Counted from the first letter of the stretch, positions 9,046 to 20,482 are shown. The stretch: 41,875 bases of DNA from Pseudomonadota bacterium (GCA_043718025.1 JAYSWN010000019.1:1-41875); one strand, 5' to 3'. The notes: generated from the letters alone by a model not told the origin. A program made the numbers and translations.

Positions 9046-10005
9046 CTAAATTGGGGACAAACCTAAACTGGCGCTCACTTGTTTTAGAAGCGCCTGATCG
9101 CCTCCCAGTTCCACATTTTCTGCGGTCAAAAGTTTTTCGCCGACGAAGATAGAGTTGGCGCCCACTTCAAAACACTGAAGCTGCTGTTCGACGGTCAGAG
9201 TGTTACGCCCGGCGGAAAGGCGAACGCGCGACTTAGGCATCACGACGCGGGCGGCCGCAACCGTACGCAAAAACGCTTCAAACGGAACACCTTGGTTTGG
9301 TTGCATCGGCGTGCCATCGATCGGAACCAAGAGGTTTACCGGCACGCTTTCCGGATGGGGATTCATGCGGCCCAGCTCGGCGAGTAACGCCGCGCGATCG
9401 GTGGCGGATTCACCCATGCCGATAATGCCACCGCAGCATAGCTGAACGCCGGCTTTTCGGGCCGCCTGCAAGGTTTGCAACCGGTCATCGTACGTGCGGG
9501 TAGAGATGACTTTGGGGTAAAATTCGCGACTCGTGTCCAAGTTGTGATTGTAGGCGGTTAGGCCGGCCGCCTTCATTTTGTGGAGCTGCCCTTCGGTGGC
9601 CATGCCCAAGGTGCAACACACCTCCATGCCCTCGGCCGCAACCGCTTCGATCATCCCCAAAACGCGGGAAAACCGGGGGTCATTTTCAGCGGGAATGTCT
9701 CTCCACGCGGCCCCTAAACAGAACCGCGTTGCGCCGCGGGCCCGGGCTTCACCGGCCTTAGCCTTTACCATTTCAACCGAAAGTAAAGGCTCTGGTTTTA
9801 CTGGGGTTTTGTAATGGGCGCTTTGCGAGCAATAGCCACAATCTTCGGGGCAACCGCCGGTCTTTACGCTGAGCAGTTCGCACTGCTGCACGTCACGAGC
9901 GGCGTACTCTCGATGGGCCGCTTTAGCCATGCCCTTTAGCTCTTCCCAAGGGGCCGAAAGTACCGCCAAAACCTGCTCTGTAGTCCAGTCATTGCGAATC
10001 ATCAA
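9046..10005 (-). CDS. bioB: Biotin synthase (radical SAM)
   Basis: LSVKTGGCPEDCGYCSQSAH, RFCLGAAW, CCTLG, YNHNLDTS, CCGGIIGMGE, PESVPVN, RLSAGR, GANSIF.GEKLLT. Start TTG 10005 or ATG 10002. Confidence 0.97.
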   Translation of the reverse strand: MMIRNDWTTEQVLAVLSAPWEELKGMAKAAHREYAARDVQQCELLSVKTGGCPEDCGYCSQSAHYKTPVKPEPLLSVEMVKAKAGEARARGATRFCLGAAWRDIPAENDPRFSRVLGMIEAVAAEGMEVCCTLGMATEGQLHKMKAAGLTAYNHNLDTSREFYPKVISTRTYDDRLQTLQAARKAGVQLCCGGIIGMGESATDRAALLAELGRMNPHPESVPVNLLVPIDGTPMQPNQGVPFEAFLRTVAAARVVMPKSRVRLSAGRNTLTVEQQLQCFEVGANSIFVGEKLLTAENVELGGDQALLKQVSASLGLSPI

Positions 10006-10093
10006 AATCGACTACACGAAAATGGCCGTTTTGGCGAGACAGGTGTGCCCACTCTCGCAAAATTGGACGTGCTGAGTTACGCTCAGGCCCACA

Positions 10094-12748
10094 ATGAAAG
10101 CGCGCGAAATCAGAGAGACTTTTCTTAAGTATTTTGAAGGCCAGGGGCACCAAAGGATCAAAAGTAGCCCCTTAATTCCGGCCAGTGACCCGACCCTGCT
10201 GTTTACCAACGCGGGCATGGTCCAATTTAAAGACTACTTTTTAGGAATCCAAAAGCCGCCCTCGGTAAGGGCTGCCACCGTGCAAAAATGCGTGCGCGCC
10301 GGCGGCAAACACAACGATTTAGAAAATGTGGGATTCACCCCGCGCCATCACACCTTTTTCGAGATGCTGGGTAATTTTTCTTTCGGCGACTACTTTAAAA
10401 AAGACGCTATCGCGTTTGCGTGGGAGCTGCTCACCAAAAAACTCAACATGCCCGAAGACCGTCTGCGCATCACCGTTTTCGAAACTGATGATGAGGCCGA
10501 ACAAATTTGGAAGAGCATCGGCGTGAACCCTAGCCGTATCGAACGGCTGGGAGAAAAAGACAATTTTTGGGCGATGGGCGATACCGGCCCCTGTGGACCC
10601 TGCTCAGAAATCTATTTCGATTGGGGCATGGAACACGCAAGCATTGGCAAAGACGGCACGCCGGGAACCGATTCCACCCGCTTTGTGGAGATCTGGAATT
10701 TAGTGTTCATGCAATTTAACCGCAGTGCCGACGGCAAAATGGTGCCGCTACCAAAGCCTAGCGTCGACACTGGCGCCGGGCTCGAGCGCGTGGCCGCGGT
10801 GATGCAAGGCAAGTACAGCAACTTCGATACCGATATGTTTAAACCGATTTTTTCGGCGATTTCCGCCAAGGTCGGCATGAAGTACGAAGACGGCGGCGAT
10901 GCCGCCACGTCCATGCGCGTGATTGCCGATCACTTGCGCGCCGGAACCTTTTTGCTATCTGACGGCGTGACTCCCTCGAACGAAGGACGGGGTTACGTAC
11001 TTCGCCGCATTCTTCGCCGCGCCATCCGCCACGGCAAAAAACTCAATCAAGAAAAACCGTTTCTCTACGACTTGATGCCCTCGGTTATCAATGAGTTTTC
11101 CGACGTCTATCCTGAGCTCAAAACTCACCAAGCGAATTTGCAGACTGAAATGCGCGAAGAGGAAGAGCGCTTTCACGAAACTCTACACCGCGGAATGGGC
11201 GTGCTCGAAGACACCCTGGCGGGGTTAACCAAGGGCGGATCTAAGGTAATTCCCGGGGCCGTCGCCTTTAAGCTCTACGACACGTTTGGCTTCCCCTACG
11301 ATCTGATTGAAGTGATCGCCAGAGAGAAGCACTTCAGTGTCGACGAAAAAGAGTTCACCGCGCAAATGGAAAAGCAGCGCGCCCAGAGCGGCGTCGCTAA
11401 GGTAGCCAAGGGTTTCGATGCGGAAGCCCTCACCAAAACGTTGTCCTCCGTGAAAGCCACCGAGTTTTTAGGCTACTCATCGCTCTTTAGCCGCCAAAAG
11501 CTGACTTTTTTGGCCGACGAAACCGGAGCGCCTATCACGGCGTTGGCTAAAGGACAGGTGGGCCTCGTCGTTTTTGAGGCCTCCCCCTGTTACGGTGAAA
11601 GCGGCGGACAAGCGGGCGACAAAGGATCTCTCGTTCAAGGCACCACCAAAGCCGCCATCTTCAACACTACGAAGCTACAAAACAAATGGCATATCCATTT
11701 TGTGAAGGTTACCGAAGGCACGTTAAAATCGGGTGAAGGCTGCGACATTGAAGTGAATGCAGAAAACCGAAAAGCCACGGCCGTTAATCACACCGCCACT
11801 CATTTACTTCATGCCGCATTACGAAAGATTTTGGGAGATCGGGTGAAACAGGCAGGCTCCTTAGTCGATGGCAACCGTTTACGCTTCGACTTCAGCTACC
11901 CGCGCTCACTTACCCCCGAAGAAAAAGCTCAGATCGAAGCGCTGGTAAACACTGAAGTGGCCAAAGGCACCGCCGTCAGCAAATCTGAAATGGGTTACGA
12001 CGAGGCGATTAAAGCGGGAGCTTTGGCGTTCTTCGATGACAAATACGGCGATAAGGTTCGCGTAATTCGGGTCGGCGGTGATGACGCCTTTAGCGTTGAG
12101 CTGTGTGGCGGCACTCACCTAGACAACATCAGCGACATCGGCTTCTTTAAAATCTTGTCGGAGTCTTCGGTGGCTAGCGGCGTTCGTCGCATCGAGGCCA
12201 TCACCGCCACCAAGGCAATTGGTTTTTTGACCAACCGCGATGCGGTTTTGCGCGAAGTTGAATCCACCCTCAACGTAAATGACAAAGTGGTGGCGCAAAA
12301 AGTGGCCGATCTGATGAGTGACAACACCAAGCTCAACAAAGAGCTGCAAGCCCTTAAGGTGAAACTGGCGCAATCGGGTGGCGGCAGTAAAGAGGCGGCG
12401 CTGCACGAACGGGCTAAAGAGATCAACGGCTTCAAGGTGGTTGCCGAAAAAGTGGCTAATGTGGATCCTAAGATCTTGCGTACGCTCGTTGATCAAGTGC
12501 GAGACAAGCTCAAAGATAAAACAATTATTCTCCTGGCCTGTGAAGCCGATGGCAAAGCCTCGCTCTGCCTTGGCCTATCTAAAGATCTGGTGCCACGGCT
12601 GGACGCCGGTCAACTGATTCGCCCCATTGCCACCACCATCGGCGGCACCGGCGGCGGTCGAAACGACTTTGCCCAAGCCGGCGGTACCAATGTCGGCGCC
12701 TTAACGCTCGCCATCGAGCAGTTGATTGAAACGGTAAAGGGGCTTTAA
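10094..12748 (+). CDS. alaS: Alanine--tRNA ligase
   Basis: DPTLLFTNAGMVQFK, HHTFFEMLGNFSFGDYFK, GPCGPCSEI, EIWNLVFMQ, DTGAGLER, editing motifs HTATHLL and ELCGGTH, C-terminal GGGR..FAQAGG. Confidence 0.99.
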   Translation: MKAREIRETFLKYFEGQGHQRIKSSPLIPASDPTLLFTNAGMVQFKDYFLGIQKPPSVRAATVQKCVRAGGKHNDLENVGFTPRHHTFFEMLGNFSFGDYFKKDAIAFAWELLTKKLNMPEDRLRITVFETDDEAEQIWKSIGVNPSRIERLGEKDNFWAMGDTGPCGPCSEIYFDWGMEHASIGKDGTPGTDSTRFVEIWNLVFMQFNRSADGKMVPLPKPSVDTGAGLERVAAVMQGKYSNFDTDMFKPIFSAISAKVGMKYEDGGDAATSMRVIADHLRAGTFLLSDGVTPSNEGRGYVLRRILRRAIRHGKKLNQEKPFLYDLMPSVINEFSDVYPELKTHQANLQTEMREEEERFHETLHRGMGVLEDTLAGLTKGGSKVIPGAVAFKLYDTFGFPYDLIEVIAREKHFSVDEKEFTAQMEKQRAQSGVAKVAKGFDAEALTKTLSSVKATEFLGYSSLFSRQKLTFLADETGAPITALAKGQVGLVVFEASPCYGESGGQAGDKGSLVQGTTKAAIFNTTKLQNKWHIHFVKVTEGTLKSGEGCDIEVNAENRKATAVNHTATHLLHAALRKILGDRVKQAGSLVDGNRLRFDFSYPRSLTPEEKAQIEALVNTEVAKGTAVSKSEMGYDEAIKAGALAFFDDKYGDKVRVIRVGGDDAFSVELCGGTHLDNISDIGFFKILSESSVASGVRRIEAITATKAIGFLTNRDAVLREVESTLNVNDKVVAQKVADLMSDNTKLNKELQALKVKLAQSGGGSKEAALHERAKEINGFKVVAEKVANVDPKILRTLVDQVRDKLKDKTIILLACEADGKASLCLGLSKDLVPRLDAGQLIRPIATTIGGTGGGRNDFAQAGGTNVGALTLAIEQLIETVKGL

Positions 12749-12753
12749 ACCAT

Positions 12754-13821
12754 ATGGACATTCTCGATCGCTATCTGGTGAAAGAGTTTGTTATCTATTT
12801 TTTCGCCATCCATTTGGGTTTAGGCGTTCTGGGCCTAGGCATGGATTTTTTGTCGCACATGTGGGAGATCAATCTAGACTTAACCCGCATGCTTATACTT
12901 TACAGCTACAAGTTTCCGTTTTATCTGCAGCAGTTTTTTCCCTTGGCGGTTTTGCTAGCCACATTGGTTTTGCTTACCACCATGTCACGTTCAAATGAGA
13001 TTCTTGCCCTATATTGCGGTGGAATTGGTTCGTTTCGCATCGTTTCCACGCTGGTCGCCGTGGTGGCCACCCTCTCTACGTTCTACTTTTTAGTGTTCGA
13101 TTCTTGGGTTCCTGCTTTTAACTCGCGCCGCGCGTTTCTCGAGCAAGGCATCGATCAAGATCAGTTATCGATGAGCCGTCCGGAAGGGGGCTTTTGGTAC
13201 CGCAGCAACAACCTGGTTTATAACATTGGCCGCTATCTCCCCGAAAGAAACCGGATGGAGGACGTGAGCATTTACTTTCTGGAAAAAGAGTTTCACTTAA
13301 GCCAAAAGCTGCACGCGGCCCACGCCCAGTTCAATGGCGATGATTGGATTTTGGGAAAGGGATTTGCGGTGAAGTATCCGGGCCATGGCTTTCCGGAGCT
13401 TGAGCAGTTTGACGAGATGGATTCAATCATTCCCGAGAAGCCTACCGATTTTAAGGCAATACGGGTGCAGGAGGAGTCGATGCGTTTAAAAGAGCTGCGC
13501 CGTTACTTAGCGCAGCATGAAAGCTCGGGGCTCGACACCACCTCTACCAAAGTGCACTACCATGAGCGGTTAGCTTACGTATTTTCTCCGCTTATTTTTT
13601 TGCTGTTAGCCATTCCGCTGGGCATTCAACCCATGCGCAGCCGTTCGCTAACGAAAAACGTAGCCTTGGCATTCATGACGGCGCTCGTCTACTTAGTGAT
13701 AGCCCGGTTGGCGATTTCCGTGGGCCGCGGTGGTTTTTTGCCGCCCTACGTGGCGGCCTGGTTGCCCAATGTTACCTTTTTGGGCGTCTCACTGTTTTTA
13801 CTTACGCGTCGAGGAACGTAA
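12754..13821 (+). CDS. LPS export ABC transporter permease LptF/LptG family
   Basis: ILDRYL start, three TM segments, SRSNEILA...GI, a periplasmic beta-rich domain, three C-terminal TM segments, AAWLPN motif. Confidence 0.9.
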   Translation: MDILDRYLVKEFVIYFFAIHLGLGVLGLGMDFLSHMWEINLDLTRMLILYSYKFPFYLQQFFPLAVLLATLVLLTTMSRSNEILALYCGGIGSFRIVSTLVAVVATLSTFYFLVFDSWVPAFNSRRAFLEQGIDQDQLSMSRPEGGFWYRSNNLVYNIGRYLPERNRMEDVSIYFLEKEFHLSQKLHAAHAQFNGDDWILGKGFAVKYPGHGFPELEQFDEMDSIIPEKPTDFKAIRVQEESMRLKELRRYLAQHESSGLDTTSTKVHYHERLAYVFSPLIFLLLAIPLGIQPMRSRSLTKNVALAFMTALVYLVIARLAISVGRGGFLPPYVAAWLPNVTFLGVSLFLLTRRGT

Positions 13822-14325
13822 ATGCCGCTTGAGATCTTAAAGTACCCTGACCCGCGGCTGGCCAAAGTTAGCGTTGCCGTTACCAAATTCAATGCGGAGA
13901 TTCACGCGCTGCTTGAGTCAATGGCCGAAACCATGTACGAGGCCGACGGCATTGGCCTGGCGGCGCCTCAGGTAGATCAATTACTGCGCATTTTCGTTAT
14001 CGACCTAGGCGGCGAAGAAGGGCAGCGCAAAAAGAAATGGGAATTCATCAACCCAAAAATTACTCACGGCGAAGGCAAGATTGTTTATGAAGAGGGGTGT
14101 CTGAGCCTTCCCGGATTCACCGAAGAGGTCACGCGCAAGAACCACATTCTGCTCGAGTATCAAGACCGCCACGGAAAGGTCCGAAAGCTAGAAGCGGAGG
14201 GGCTACTGGCGGTGGCCATCCAGCACGAAAATGACCACTTGGACGGGATCGTTTTCGTTGATCGGCTTTCGGCGATCAAACGACGGTTGGCCAAGAGAAA
14301 ACTGGCCAAACAAGTGACTCTTTAA
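13822..14325 (+). CDS. def: Peptide deformylase
   Basis: GIGLAAPQV, EGCLS and QHENDHL motifs are all intact. Confidence 0.98.
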   Translation: MPLEILKYPDPRLAKVSVAVTKFNAEIHALLESMAETMYEADGIGLAAPQVDQLLRIFVIDLGGEEGQRKKKWEFINPKITHGEGKIVYEEGCLSLPGFTEEVTRKNHILLEYQDRHGKVRKLEAEGLLAVAIQHENDHLDGIVFVDRLSAIKRRLAKRKLAKQVTL

Positions 14326-14441
14326 TATTCGAACCCACCACAAATAGGGTCTAGACCAAAGGTGCCCAAACCGCTTCTTGCCACCACCACGGTAACCACC
14401 ACCGCTAACCCTGGCTCTACAATCGAGGCAAATTTGAGCGG

Positions 14442-14470
14442 TAGACGGATCGGTTGGTTTTTCTTATTCT
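14442..14470 (+). promoter_or_regulatory. Putative internal sigma70 promoter for fmt (leaderless geometry)
   Basis: TAGACG (14442-47)-N17-TATTCT (14465-70), then 6 nt to ATG 14477; no SD. Confidence 0.45.
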
Positions 14471-14476
14471 CGGCCC

Positions 14477-15421
14477 ATGCTTCGTTACGTCTTTTTGGGC
14501 ACTCCTGACTTTGCGGCTACCGTGCTGGATGACCTGTGCGCGCACTATGGCAAGCCTGAGCTGGTGGTCACCCAGCCCGCCCGTGAAAAGGGGCGGGGGA
14601 GAAAAATTGAGGCGACCGAGGTTGCCCAGCTGGCCACGCATAAAGGGCTGGCCCTAATTGAAACCGCTAACGTGAATGATCCTGACGTAGTGCAAAAAAT
14701 TCGCGCCACCAAGCCCGATCTGGTTTTGGTCGTGGCCTTCGGCCAATTGCTAAAGGAAGAGCTGCTCTCTCTCCCCACCAAGTACAGCTTGAACGTTCAT
14801 GCCTCGCTACTACCTTGTCACCGCGGGGCCGCGCCTATTCAACGCGCCATCTGGAACGGCGATAAAGTGACGGGGGTCAGCATACAAAAGATGGTGAAAA
14901 AGCTAGATGCGGGTGATCTGCTCATTTCAAAGGAGTGCGAAATCTCCCTCACCGACACTTCCGAAACTTTATTCATGAAGCTCGCGACATTGAGCGGCCC
15001 AACCCTTCGCGAAGGATTAGCCCAAATCGAAGCCGGTAATGCGGTTTTTGTTCCGCAAGATGAAACCAAGGTCACTTACGCTAAAAAGATGACTAAAGAG
15101 GAGGCGGTTATCGACTGGCAGCAGACCGCCACGGTCATTCAACAACAGGTTCGCGCCTTAATCCCCTGGCCCACGGCCGAAACGGTACTAGGCACGCAGC
15201 GAATAAAAATCTGGGAGGTTCGTGCCGCGGAGCGCCAGCCCCAAGGCAAACCGGGCGACCTACAAACCGACCACAAAACCTTTATTTCCGTTAGCTGTGG
15301 CGACCAAACAACCCTTGACCTTCTTAGGATCCAGCCTGAAAACCGGAAACCAGTGACCGTTTCGGAATACCTTTCGGCTTTCCGGGGCCATTTTCCCTTT
15401 CACCGCATGGAAAAATTATGA
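14477..15421 (+). CDS. fmt: Methionyl-tRNA formyltransferase
   Basis: FLGTPDFA, VVTQP...GRG, VVAFGQLL, NVHASLLP.HRGAAPIQRAI, LDAGD. Confidence 0.98.
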   Translation: MLRYVFLGTPDFAATVLDDLCAHYGKPELVVTQPAREKGRGRKIEATEVAQLATHKGLALIETANVNDPDVVQKIRATKPDLVLVVAFGQLLKEELLSLPTKYSLNVHASLLPCHRGAAPIQRAIWNGDKVTGVSIQKMVKKLDAGDLLISKECEISLTDTSETLFMKLATLSGPTLREGLAQIEAGNAVFVPQDETKVTYAKKMTKEEAVIDWQQTATVIQQQVRALIPWPTAETVLGTQRIKIWEVRAAERQPQGKPGDLQTDHKTFISVSCGDQTTLDLLRIQPENRKPVTVSEYLSAFRGHFPFHRMEKL

Positions 15422-16080
15422 ACCTAAACGCCACTTCAAAAATCCAAATTGCTCCCTCACTTCTAGCCTGCGACTTCGGAAGATTAAAAGAAGAGATCCT
15501 TAAAGTGGAAGAGGCCGGAGCTGACGTGCTTCACGTCGATGTGATGGATGGCCACTTCGTTCCCAACATTACCATCGGTTTTCCGGTGATCGAAGCCATT
15601 CGCAAGATCACGCGGCTACCCATCGATGCGCATCTCATGATCTCCGATGCCGATCGTTACCTAGAAGCCTTTAACTCCGTTGGATGCGATTGGATTTCGG
15701 TGCACGTTGAGGCGGCCCCGCACCTGCACCGTACTCTGGCCAGAATTCGCGAGCTGGGAATGAAAGCGGGAATTGCCGTAAATCCCGGCACCTCATTGGC
15801 CGCCCTAGACGGTTCGCTGTTTGATGCTGATTTTGTTTTGTTGATGAGCGTGAACCCTGGCTTTGGCGGCCAACGCTTCATCGCCAATTCCATAAACCGG
15901 GTCAAAGAGCTAAAGCAGAAAATTGGCAAGCACGCGGTGCAAATTGAGATTGATGGCGGCATCAAACTAGAAAACTCAAAAGAGGTTATCAACGCCGGTG
16001 CCGAGATTTTAGTGGTGGGCACGGGCCTCTTCTCGCAACCGGACTACAAAGCGACGATTGAAAAATTAAAAGGAATTTGA
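15418..16080 (+). CDS. rpe: Ribulose-phosphate 3-epimerase
   Basis: IAPSLL, HVDVMDGHFVPNITIG, DAHLM, MSVNPGFGGQ, IDGG. Confidence 0.98.
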   Translation: MNLNATSKIQIAPSLLACDFGRLKEEILKVEEAGADVLHVDVMDGHFVPNITIGFPVIEAIRKITRLPIDAHLMISDADRYLEAFNSVGCDWISVHVEAAPHLHRTLARIRELGMKAGIAVNPGTSLAALDGSLFDADFVLLMSVNPGFGGQRFIANSINRVKELKQKIGKHAVQIEIDGGIKLENSKEVINAGAEILVVGTGLFSQPDYKATIEKLKGI

Positions 16081-16086
16081 AACTAC

Positions 16087-17601
16087 ATGGTACTTCTCGA
16101 CGGCAACCGCCTTACTCTTTCTGATTTTCACGCGGTCGTTTTCGATCGCCAAGAAGTAGGTCTCGATACGGCCGCACGTAAGCTCATGGAAAAAAGCCGT
16201 GCCCACGTTGAAAAGGCGATTGCCACTGGCGAGCGCATTTACAGCATCAACACTGGTTTTGGCGTTTTGAGCAAAGTGAAAATACCTCCGGAATCGCTAG
16301 ACGAATTGCAAGTCAATTTGATCCGCAGCCATTCCGTGGGCATCGGCCCGTTGCATAGTGAAGCTGAAAGTCGTGGCCTTTTACTATTGAGAGCAAACGT
16401 TCTGGCCAAGGGATTTTCGGGCGTTCGTCCGCTGATCGTCGAAACCCTTTGCCAGATGCTAAATAAAAAAGTTCACCCGGCGATCCCCATGAAGGGCTCG
16501 GTCGGCGCCAGTGGCGATCTGGCGCCGTTGGCGCATCTAGCTTTAGTGCTGATCGGCGAAGGCGAAGTGGTTCACGATGATAAAAAATCATCGGGAGCCG
16601 AAGCCATGCAACGGGCCGGCATCGCGCCCGTAAAGCTGCTGCCCAAAGAAGGGCTTTCGCTTATCAATGGAACCCAGCAAATGACCGCGCTCGGGGCCAT
16701 TCTAATTTCACGAGCGGAGGCATTGGTGCAGGAAGCTGACCTGATCTGCTCGGCCAGTTTGGATGGCACCTTGGGCACTTCGGCGGCCTTTGCCGCTTGG
16801 CTTCACGAAGCCCGCCCGCAAGTCGGGCAATTGAAATCAGCGGCGAACCTAGCTAAGTTTTGTGTTGAAAGCGAAGTTTCGGCCAGCCACGCCACTTGCG
16901 AAAAAGTTCAAGATGCTTACTCCTTTCGCTGCACGCCTCAAGTCCACGGCGCCTGTCGCGACTTACTCAGTTCCGCCCGTCGAACGATCGAAATCGAATT
17001 AAATTCAGCAACTGACAATCCACTGGTGAATCCCGCAACCGGTGAAATTGTTTCAGGTGGAAACTTTCACGGCCAGCCAGTGGCCTTTGCGTTAGACATC
17101 ATTGGCATGGCGGTTTCAGAGATCTCCAGCATTTCTGAGCGCCGCATCTCTAAGCTCATGGACCCCAACTTCAGTGAGCTACCAGCATTCCTGGTTAAAA
17201 ACGAAGGGCTGAATTCAGGTTTGATGATGGCGCAGGTAACCGCGGCCAGTCTCGTCTCCGAAAACAAACTGCTCACCCATCCGGCTTCAACCGATTCCAT
17301 TCCCACCAACAACGAAAAGGAAGATCACGTCAGCATGGGGCCGTGGGCGGCGCGAAAAGCTAAAATGATTCTGGAAAATAGCGAATACGTGTTGGCCATT
17401 GAAGCCATTGCCGCCTGTCAGGCCCTGGAATTTAGAAAACCGTTAAAACCAAATCGGGGCGCACGGCTACTAACCACCTGGATTCGTAGCATGGTGCCCC
17501 CCCTTGAAAAAGATCGCATCCTTTCGCCAGACGTTGAAGCGATTGCCGCCGGGTTACGAAAAGGCGAGCTGGATAGAAAAATCGCCAAGGAGTTTGCATA
17601 G
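16087..17601 (+). CDS. hutH: Histidine ammonia-lyase
   Basis: [17 protein letters not shown]-forming [50 protein letters not shown]. Confidence 0.97.
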   Translation: MVLLDGNRLTLSDFHAVVFDRQEVGLDTAARKLMEKSRAHVEKAIATGERIYSINTGFGVLSKVKIPPESLDELQVNLIRSHSVGIGPLHSEAESRGLLLLRANVLAKGFSGVRPLIVETLCQMLNKKVHPAIPMKGSVGASGDLAPLAHLALVLIGEGEVVHDDKKSSGAEAMQRAGIAPVKLLPKEGLSLINGTQQMTALGAILISRAEALVQEADLICSASLDGTLGTSAAFAAWLHEARPQVGQLKSAANLAKFCVESEVSASHATCEKVQDAYSFRCTPQVHGACRDLLSSARRTIEIELNSATDNPLVNPATGEIVSGGNFHGQPVAFALDIIGMAVSEISSISERRISKLMDPNFSELPAFLVKNEGLNSGLMMAQVTAASLVSENKLLTHPASTDSIPTNNEKEDHVSMGPWAARKAKMILENSEYVLAIEAIAACQALEFRKPLKPNRGARLLTTWIRSMVPPLEKDRILSPDVEAIAAGLRKGELDRKIAKEFA

Positions 17602-19271
17602 TGGCCGAAAATTTTCGTGACGTTGAAATTCGCGCCTACCGAGGAACAAAACTGCACTGCCAAGGCTGGGTTCAAGAGGCCGCCTTGCGTATGCTGCAAA
17701 ATAATTTGGATCCTGATGTCGCCGAGAATCCAAAAGAGCTCGTGGTTTACGGGGGAACGGGAAAGGCGGCGCGCAACTGGGAATGTTTTGATGCCATTAG
17801 CCGGTGCCTAACCACTCTGAAAAATGATGAAACCCTGCTCGTCCAGTCCGGAAAGCCGGTTGGCGTGATCCGCACCCACGAAAATGCGCCGCGGGTGCTG
17901 CTCGCCAATTCGCTGTTAGTTCCGGCCTGGGCCAACTGGGATTACTTTCGCACGCTGGAGAGTCGCGGCCTCATTATGTTTGGCCAGATGACGGCCGGAT
18001 CTTGGATCTACATCGGTACCCAAGGCATTCTGCAGGGTACCTACGAAACTTTTGCCGAGGCAGGCCGCAAACACTTTAACGGCACGCTCGCCGGACGTTG
18101 GGTGTTAACCGCAGGCTTAGGCGGCATGGGTGGCGCGCAGCCTCTGGCGGCAACGATGAACGGCGGCGCATTTTTGGGCATTGAGATCGATCCGCACCGC
18201 ATTCGCCGCCGCATGGAGACGGGGTACCTCGACCGACTCGAAACCTCATTAGAGAAAGCGCTGCAAGACATTCAAACCGCCGTGAAAGAGAAAAAGGCGC
18301 TTTCCATTGGGCTGGTGGGAAATGCCGCCGAGCTAATTCCCAAAATTGCCGAAGGCAAAATTCTACCCGATCTGGTCACCGATCAAACCTCGGCCCACGA
18401 TCCGCTCACCGGGTACATTCCGATCGGCATGACTTTATCGGCGGCCGCCGAACTTCGTATTAGAGATCCGAAGGCTTACATCGAAAAATCAAAAGACTCG
18501 ATGGCCATTCACGTTCGCGGTTTACTTGCCCTTAAGAAAAAAGGCATTCCGGTTTTTGATTACGGCAACAATATCCGCGCCATCGCCAAAGAGCGTGGCG
18601 TCGAAAATGCATATGACATTCCTGGATTTGTGCCAGAGTACATTCGCCCACTTTTTTGCCGTGGTATGGGGCCGTTCCGTTGGGTTGCGCTATCGGGGGA
18701 CCCTGAAGATATTTTTGCCACCGACCAGGCCTTACTTGATCTCTTTCCCCGAGACGAAGGGCTCAAACGCTGGCTTCGGTTGGCGAAAGAGAAAGTCCAG
18801 TTTCAGGGGCTACCGGCTCGCATCTGTTGGCTTGGTCAAGGTGACCGTGAAAAAGCGGGGCTCCGCTTCAATAAAATGGTTCGCGAAAAGAAAGTGAAAG
18901 CGCCGCTGGTGATAGGCCGCGACCACTTGGACTGCGGTAGTGTGGCGTCGCCAAACCGTGAAACCGAAGGCATGCTCGACGGTAGTGACGCCATTGCCGA
19001 CTGGCCGATTCTCAATGCCCTGGTTAATTCCGTAAATGGCGCCAGTTGGGTTTCGGTGCATCATGGCGGCGGAGTGGGAATTGGCTATTCCATTCACGCG
19101 GGCATGGTCATCGTGGCCGACGGAACCAAAGAGGCCGATGAACGCCTGTCGCGCGTACTTAACTCTGACCCATCCATGGGCGTATTCCGCCACGTCGACG
19201 CAGGATACGAAATCGCTGAAAAAACCGCCGCCGAGTTTGGCGTGCAAATTCCGATGAGAAAAAAAATATGA
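17601..19271 (+). CDS. hutU: Urocanate hydratase
   Basis: [66 protein letters not shown] start. Confidence 0.99.
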   Translation: MAENFRDVEIRAYRGTKLHCQGWVQEAALRMLQNNLDPDVAENPKELVVYGGTGKAARNWECFDAISRCLTTLKNDETLLVQSGKPVGVIRTHENAPRVLLANSLLVPAWANWDYFRTLESRGLIMFGQMTAGSWIYIGTQGILQGTYETFAEAGRKHFNGTLAGRWVLTAGLGGMGGAQPLAATMNGGAFLGIEIDPHRIRRRMETGYLDRLETSLEKALQDIQTAVKEKKALSIGLVGNAAELIPKIAEGKILPDLVTDQTSAHDPLTGYIPIGMTLSAAAELRIRDPKAYIEKSKDSMAIHVRGLLALKKKGIPVFDYGNNIRAIAKERGVENAYDIPGFVPEYIRPLFCRGMGPFRWVALSGDPEDIFATDQALLDLFPRDEGLKRWLRLAKEKVQFQGLPARICWLGQGDREKAGLRFNKMVREKKVKAPLVIGRDHLDCGSVASPNRETEGMLDGSDAIADWPILNALVNSVNGASWVSVHHGGGVGIGYSIHAGMVIVADGTKEADERLSRVLNSDPSMGVFRHVDAGYEIAEKTAAEFGVQIPMRKKI

Positions 19272-20482
19272 TGCCCTTTCTTTACGAAAACATTGGCCAA
19301 CTCGTTACTATGCAGGGGGTGGCCCGAAAAAAAGGGCGCCACATCACGCACGATGATTTGGGAATTATCGAACACGCCGCCATCGTGATTGATATCGAAA
19401 CCCAAAAAATATTGTGGCTCGGAAAAATGGCAGAAATACCTGCCGAATTTGCCGATACCGAAGAGCGCGAGGACTGCGGGGCAGCGGTTTGGTTACCCGA
19501 GCTCGTCGAATGCCACACTCATTTGGTTTTTGCGGGGGAACGTCACCACGACTACGCGCAACGGGTTTGCGGAAAGACGTATCAGCAAATCGCCGAAGGC
19601 GGGGGAGGCATTCTCTCGACGATGAAGGCCACTCGAGAGGCGAGCCAGCAATTATTGGTAGAGCGGGCGCTGAGCGAGCTCGACAGGTTTCAGAAGTACG
19701 GCGTAGGCTGCGTCGAAATCAAGAGCGGCTACGGCTTAACTCTAGAAAGCGAAATCAAACAGCTGGAAGTCATTCAACATCTGCGTGAAGCCTCATCGGT
19801 TCATTTGGTGGCCACGTTTCTTCCGGCGCACGCGGTTCCGCCTGAGTTTCATGGTCGCGCCGATGATTACGTACGCGTGATGATTCAAGAATGGATTCCG
19901 GAGGTAGCCGATCGAAAGCTGGCGTCTTTCTTCGACGTTTTTATCGAAAACGGCTTCTTTTCCTTGGCCCAGGCGGTTGATCTGTGCGAAGCGGCCAAAG
20001 CGCACGGTTTTGGAATCAAAATTCACGGCGAGCAGTTCACCGATTTGAATTCGGCCAAGTTTGCAGCCCAAATTGGCGCCGCCAGCATTGATCATTTGGA
20101 TCACGTTTCTACCGCAGGCATTGAAGCGTTGGCGAAGTCTAATACGGTTGCGGTGTTGCTGCCCGGAGCTTCGCTTTTTGTCGGCACGCCTTACGCGCCG
20201 GCCCGTGCGTTGCTGGATGCCGGAGCCTGCGTGGCGCTTTCTACCGATTTTAATCCGGGCACTTGCCCCAGCCGCAATTTGCCGCTGATGACCACGCTGG
20301 CGTGCAGCCAGATGAAGATGACGGTGCCCGAAGCGTTGGCGGGAATTACCTACAACGCCGCCGCCGCGCTAAAATTAGAGAATGAATTTGGCGTGCTGGA
20401 TGTCGGCCGCACCTTTCGCGTAACCACCCTTCGATCAAGCTCGGTGGAAGCACTTCCCTACTCCTTCGGCGAGCTGGATTGA
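19268..20482 (+). CDS. hutI: Imidazolonepropionase
   Basis: [45 protein letters not shown]. Confidence 0.96.
   Translation: MMPFLYENIGQLVTMQGVARKKGRHITHDDLGIIEHAAIVIDIETQKILWLGKMAEIPAEFADTEEREDCGAAVWLPELVECHTHLVFAGERHHDYAQRVCGKTYQQIAEGGGGILSTMKATREASQQLLVERALSELDRFQKYGVGCVEIKSGYGLTLESEIKQLEVIQHLREASSVHLVATFLPAHAVPPEFHGRADDYVRVMIQEWIPEVADRKLASFFDVFIENGFFSLAQAVDLCEAAKAHGFGIKIHGEQFTDLNSAKFAAQIGAASIDHLDHVSTAGIEALAKSNTVAVLLPGASLFVGTPYAPARALLDAGACVALSTDFNPGTCPSRNLPLMTTLACSQMKMTVPEALAGITYNAAAALKLENEFGVLDVGRTFRVTTLRSSSVEALPYSFGELD

Noticed and set aside
14326..14420. Minus-strand frame reading SGGGYRGGGKKRFG, like a Gly-rich RNA-binding protein tail
   Set aside because: There is no start codon after the upstream in-frame stop; it is a by-product of the CCA-rich low-complexity sequence.
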